From: Candidatus Bathyarchaeota archaeon
GTDB taxonomy: Archaea > Thermoproteota > Bathyarchaeia > TCS64
DNA: 64,000 bases
Reading direction: 5' to 3'
NCBI GenBank assembly: GCA_016930055.1
Contig: JAFGHP010000082.1
Span: 3 to 64,002 of the forward strand
Shown here: positions 60,730 to 64,000 of the stretch, in pieces
Numbering within the stretch: position 1 is the stretch's first letter
Layout of the letters: the number at the start of each line of letters is the position of its first letter
The notes under the pieces: generated by a model
What the model saw: the letters and a program-made list of their open reading frames with translations, nothing else
Databases searched by the model: none
Told to the model about the DNA's origin: nothing
Made by a program: the position numbers and the translations under genes

Positions 60730-61847
60730 TATTGACCAACTCCTATTGTATTACCTATTCCTGCTACAATGACGGTGTCACCTGGTCCTGAATAATCCAT
60801 AATGATTCTTTTAACGGATTCACCAGCTTTCTCTGCTCCCTCTGCTAGTTCTTCTACTAATGGAGCCATGACATGTTCTTGACCTTGTTTTATAGCTATT
60901 GCATGTACAGGAATTTTGAATTTGGTTGCTATCTCCTCTATCTTAAACTTCTCTTTTCCGGTTCCCCCGATAGCTGCACCCACTCCTTCAGATACCGCTC
61001 CTACTGGTTCACCTTCCATTTTCCCCGCTGCATCAATCATTATAATTATCTTAACTTTACCTTCTTTTTCATTAAGAATATTTATTATTGCTTCATCAGG
61101 AGTACCAACTGTTCCACCAGGACCTTTAGCCTTCATAACTATGAGAGTTCTACCATCAAAAGGAACTTCTGCTGAAACCATTTCTTTGGAGATATCTCTT
61201 TTAGGATAATCTTTCATAAGTCTTCCCGCTACTATTGGACCAACAGAATCTCCTATCGGTATTCCTTCACGAGTGGCTTGTATTCCAACTGTTAAAGACT
61301 CAACTAATTGCATTATTAAAGGTAGAATCATATGAACTTGAAGAATTATATATATGTTCATAGTTTTTTTACCCATAAGGTAATTATGCCTCATGGCTTT
61401 GTAGATGTAATTTAACTCAAAAGTTAAGCCTACTAAGTTTTCGAGGTTCTGTCTTTCAATTTCGCTGGCATTAGGTGCAATTGCTTTTACTTCAGCTTCA
61501 AATATGTTATGATTAACTTTTAGATACTGATCTAATTTATCTACAATCCCATAAGGATCCATATCGGTAAGAGGTATGCTGATAAATTCTAATATTCTGT
61601 CAACTTTGTTAGAGACGTCAACACCGGGTTTTCCGACTTCATTTATTGTGTTTAAAGTAACTCCCCGTGCTTCATCTCGGATTTTTTTTAATCTTCTTAA
61701 TGTCGCTTCAATTTGGTTAAGCATTTGAAGACTCTGCAACTTTTGTGCATAAACAAGATAAATTATGAATGCGAGGCTAAACAACGTTTGGATTATGACA
61801 TTGAAATCTGTCTCTTGTTGTAAAATTTGACCAATTAGTATAGACAT
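60729..61847 (-). CDS. DUF1512 family protein
   Basis: DP.GI, PIGDSVGP, KA.GPG, IDAA.K.EGE, G.AIGG.G.EK and GIGNTIG motifs. Confidence 0.82.
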   Translation of the reverse strand: MSILIGQILQQETDFNVIIQTLFSLAFIIYLVYAQKLQSLQMLNQIEATLRRLKKIRDEARGVTLNTINEVGKPGVDVSNKVDRILEFISIPLTDMDPYGIVDKLDQYLKVNHNIFEAEVKAIAPNASEIERQNLENLVGLTFELNYIYKAMRHNYLMGKKTMNIYIILQVHMILPLIMQLVESLTVGIQATREGIPIGDSVGPIVAGRLMKDYPKRDISKEMVSAEVPFDGRTLIVMKAKGPGGTVGTPDEAIINILNEKEGKVKIIIMIDAAGKMEGEPVGAVSEGVGAAIGGTGKEKFKIEEIATKFKIPVHAIAIKQGQEHVMAPLVEELAEGAEKAGESVKRIIMDYSGPGDTVIVAGIGNTIGVGQ

Positions 61848-61964
61848 TTAATCACTGTTGAGAAACTATATACAGTTATAAATCTTAGTCTAAAATGACC
61901 TATATAACCATATTAATTTAATTTATTTTTTTACCTTAAATTTTTAAAAATATTATTGAAGGGT

Positions 61965-62087
61965 GGGCCACCAGCTTTCTTGGTTTTGCGTCGCCGAAGA
62001 CAACACTAATGCCATGAACGGAGTGTGGTTTAACTTCCGAGTTCGGAATGGGTTCGGGTGGGTCCCACACCCTTTGGCCGGTAACCC
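61965..62087 (-). rRNA. rrf: 5S rRNA (stand-alone)
   Basis: CACCCGAACCCATTCCGAACTCGGAAGTTAA core; terminal helix GGGTTACCGGC/GCTGGTGGCCC; TATA-like GAAATGTTTAAG about 25 nt upstream. Confidence 0.95.
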
Positions 62088-62126
62088 AGAGATTGTCTTC
62101 ATGTCTTAAGCTTAAACATTTCGGTA

Positions 62127-62438
62127 TTAAACAAGGTTAAACTCTATAACCCATATTTTTTTAGTATCTTCCCATTCACCATAAATTTTGGTCCATACTT
62201 TCTTGTACTCGTTTAGAGATGACAAACCTTCTTTTATTGCATCTTCTTCAGTTATTTCACATAAAAACTGAGTGTAAATTCTTTTTATGTAGATTTTTTT
62301 ATCAAGGTATTTAGAGTAACCAATTCTAATTAAGTATGTTTCTCCTTCTTTAACAAATGGTTTTTTAAATCTACGCGTAACTGTTTTTTTCCCATTTAAA
62401 ATAAGTGGGACTTGTTCTTTTTTCCATAGCAGTGTCAA
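62127..62438 (-). CDS. ASCH domain protein
   Basis: IL.GKKTVTRR, L.EITEEDA.KEG and WVIEF motifs. Confidence 0.88.
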   Translation of the reverse strand: MTLLWKKEQVPLILNGKKTVTRRFKKPFVKEGETYLIRIGYSKYLDKKIYIKRIYTQFLCEITEEDAIKEGLSSLNEYKKVWTKIYGEWEDTKKIWVIEFNLV

Positions 62439-62569
62439 TATATAATGAATATTTTTTTAACTTTAAAAGGTAAAGTATGTTTTAACCTTAATCGAGTAAA
62501 AGTTAGTTTATGAATTTTCAACTAATTTAATAATGTCAATTATATCCTTCAATAAGATGATAAGAGAAT

Positions 62570-63244
62570 ATGGATTCAAATAATTTTGATCCAGATAACC
62601 TTTTTGGATTTTTAGAAATAATTGGTGGTCACTTTTCAGAAGATGGCGATGTTATTGTTGGCATTCTTGATTTAGCACCCAATGTTGAGGCAGCTATTGT
62701 TCAGGTCTATCCTGCAGGAACTATAAAAAAGAAATCAGAAGGTCAAAAATTAAATTTAAATCCTTCAGAAATAAAAACTGCTATAGTTGAAATTTCATCA
62801 ACTGCTAGAGAAGATTATCAGAAAAACGTTGTTTTCTCGCGTATGTCTGATATCCGTAACCCTGTTTTTCTTGATGTGTTAAAACCTAGATCCCACGAAT
62901 CTTCAAATGTACCTTGTACTCTAGCTATAATTAGCCTACCTCCAATAAGTATAAACATACGTGATAAAAATGTGTTTGAATATATTAAAGAAAAATTTCT
63001 TAAATTAAGTGTAACCTCTTTGGAAAGAGTTTTAATTGATGTTGCTGGTTATTCGTTGCCATTTGCAATTAGTTATGCTTATCCTAAGGAAAGAGTATTG
63101 ATAAGTAAAGAGACCTTTATTTCATTTCTAATACCTGTTGGTATGGTAGATGATAAAGTCGGTTTTGATTTTTATCCTCAAATTCCTGACGAATTAATGC
63201 TACTTTTTCCTAATCAGCCCTCTTTAAAAAAGCAATCTTCTTAA
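62570..63244 (+). CDS. hypothetical protein
   Basis: 224-aa ORF with host-like codon usage; no recognisable motif. Confidence 0.65.
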   Translation: MDSNNFDPDNLFGFLEIIGGHFSEDGDVIVGILDLAPNVEAAIVQVYPAGTIKKKSEGQKLNLNPSEIKTAIVEISSTAREDYQKNVVFSRMSDIRNPVFLDVLKPRSHESSNVPCTLAIISLPPISINIRDKNVFEYIKEKFLKLSVTSLERVLIDVAGYSLPFAISYAYPKERVLISKETFISFLIPVGMVDDKVGFDFYPQIPDELMLLFPNQPSLKKQSS

Positions 63245-63272
63245 GTTATGAAAGTAACCGTTTTTTCTGCAA

Positions 63273-63401
63273 GGGGTCGTGGTCTAGACAGGTATGACGT
63301 TGGGCTCCAGAAAATAATAAAAACTTAATCTGACCGTAGAGGGATGAAGAGTTTTTGGAGCAGAAACCCAAATGCCGGGGGTTCAAATCCTCCCGACCCC
63401 A
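63273..63401 (+). tRNA. tRNA-Trp(CCA) with ~55-nt intron at 37/38 (63311-63365)
   Basis: Acceptor GGGGTCG/CGACCCC-A, anticodon stem TTGGG/CCCAA, CT-CCA-G, T-arm GGGGG-TTCAAAT-CCTCC. Confidence 0.93.
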
Positions 63402-63637
63402 TCTTGAACGTAAAAATCGATTTTTCTAGATTTTTTCATAAAAAATAAAAATTTTAATTCTTATAATATTTAAAAATTACATTTTTATTTTTTTCTTTAA
63501 GACCAGATATTTCATTTTAACAAATATTTTTTTAGTTGATTCACTTTTTAAGCTACTAATATTCAAATGTCTGTTTAAGACTTTGATTAAATATAAATAG
63601 TATATAGAGACTTTATAATAATTGGTGTATTACAAAA

Positions 63638-63814
63638 ATGACTGCAGGTTGGAGCAAAGCTAAGGATAGTAAAAAATTAACTTGGCACTACTTTATGGAT
63701 GAGAATCGTCCATCATTATGTGGGTTAGCCCCAGCAGCTGAATGTTGCCAGGAAAAACCAGATGAGTATTGGGCTTGTGAAGTTTGCAAAAGGAAGTTAA
63801 AAGATCTTCAGTAA
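63638..63814 (+). CDS. small zinc-finger-like protein (58 aa), not in the ORF track
   Basis: MTAGWSKAKDSKKLTWHYFMDENRPSLCG...ACEVCKRKL; H-x10-C...CxxC; GGTG upstream. Confidence 0.6.
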   Translation: MTAGWSKAKDSKKLTWHYFMDENRPSLCGLAPAAECCQEKPDEYWACEVCKRKLKDLQ

Positions 63815-63914
63815 TTTCATAGCCTCTATTCATTAAATAAAAATAATAACCCGTGTTTTGATTTTTCTGAAAAATCTCACTTATGATGATTTGTGTAATT
63901 TAATTTTGTTTCAA

Positions 63915-64000
63915 TTAAAAGTTATTTTGTTTATCAAATATTCCGATAATAAATTCTGTGACTCCAAGGAATATTAGACATAAACCACCAATAAAAAACG
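63915..64000 (-). CDS. 3' end of a probable membrane protein (partial)
   Basis: FFIGGLCLIFLGVTEFIIGIFDKQNNF-stop; runs off the window edge. Confidence 0.4.
   Translation of the reverse strand, partial: FFIGGLCLIFLGVTEFIIGIFDKQNNF

Noticed and set aside
828-61209. Numerous short antisense or overlapping ORFs in the track (e.g. 24535-25164, 44880-45362, 23413-23790, 15303-15662)
   Set aside because: They are shadows of well-supported genes on the opposite strand, with no motifs.
1-64000. CRISPR arrays, IS elements, integrases, selenocysteine or pyrrolysine readthrough
   Set aside because: I saw no regularly spaced repeats, transposase or recombinase motifs, or convincing in-frame TGA/TAG within conserved genes by eye.

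Overview
This is an AT-rich archaeal chromosomal window, most consistent with a TACK archaeon, probably Bathyarchaeia. The supporting features are archaeal TyrRS, DnaG, Cgi121, a single-OB SSB, type II MetAP, DUF1512, a stand-alone 5S rRNA, a long archaeal SRP RNA and an intron-containing tRNA-Trp; the taxonomy is inference. It holds about 55 mostly housekeeping or peptide/amino-acid metabolic genes, including three ~840-aa M14 peptidase paralogs, a nurA-herA-mre11-rad50 operon, znuACB with a divergent NikR-like regulator, and tRNA-modification genes. I saw no CRISPR array, transposase or integrase. The main unexplained signals are: (1) two GC-rich, highly structured, promoter-preceded RNAs flanking tyrS-gap (21445-21639 and about 23873-24033); the first has H/ACA-like complementarity to 23S helix 69 and the two may pair with each other; (2) a HerA/Rad50 pair with rewired ATPase motifs; (3) apparent pseudoenzymes (one of two DUF4438 paralogs, a class A beta-lactamase fold, a HAD protein); (4) genes with internal stops or a frameshift, and a probable CTG start; (5) tandem palindromic operators at the zinc-uptake promoter. 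All family calls come from motif recognition by eye; no database searches were run.
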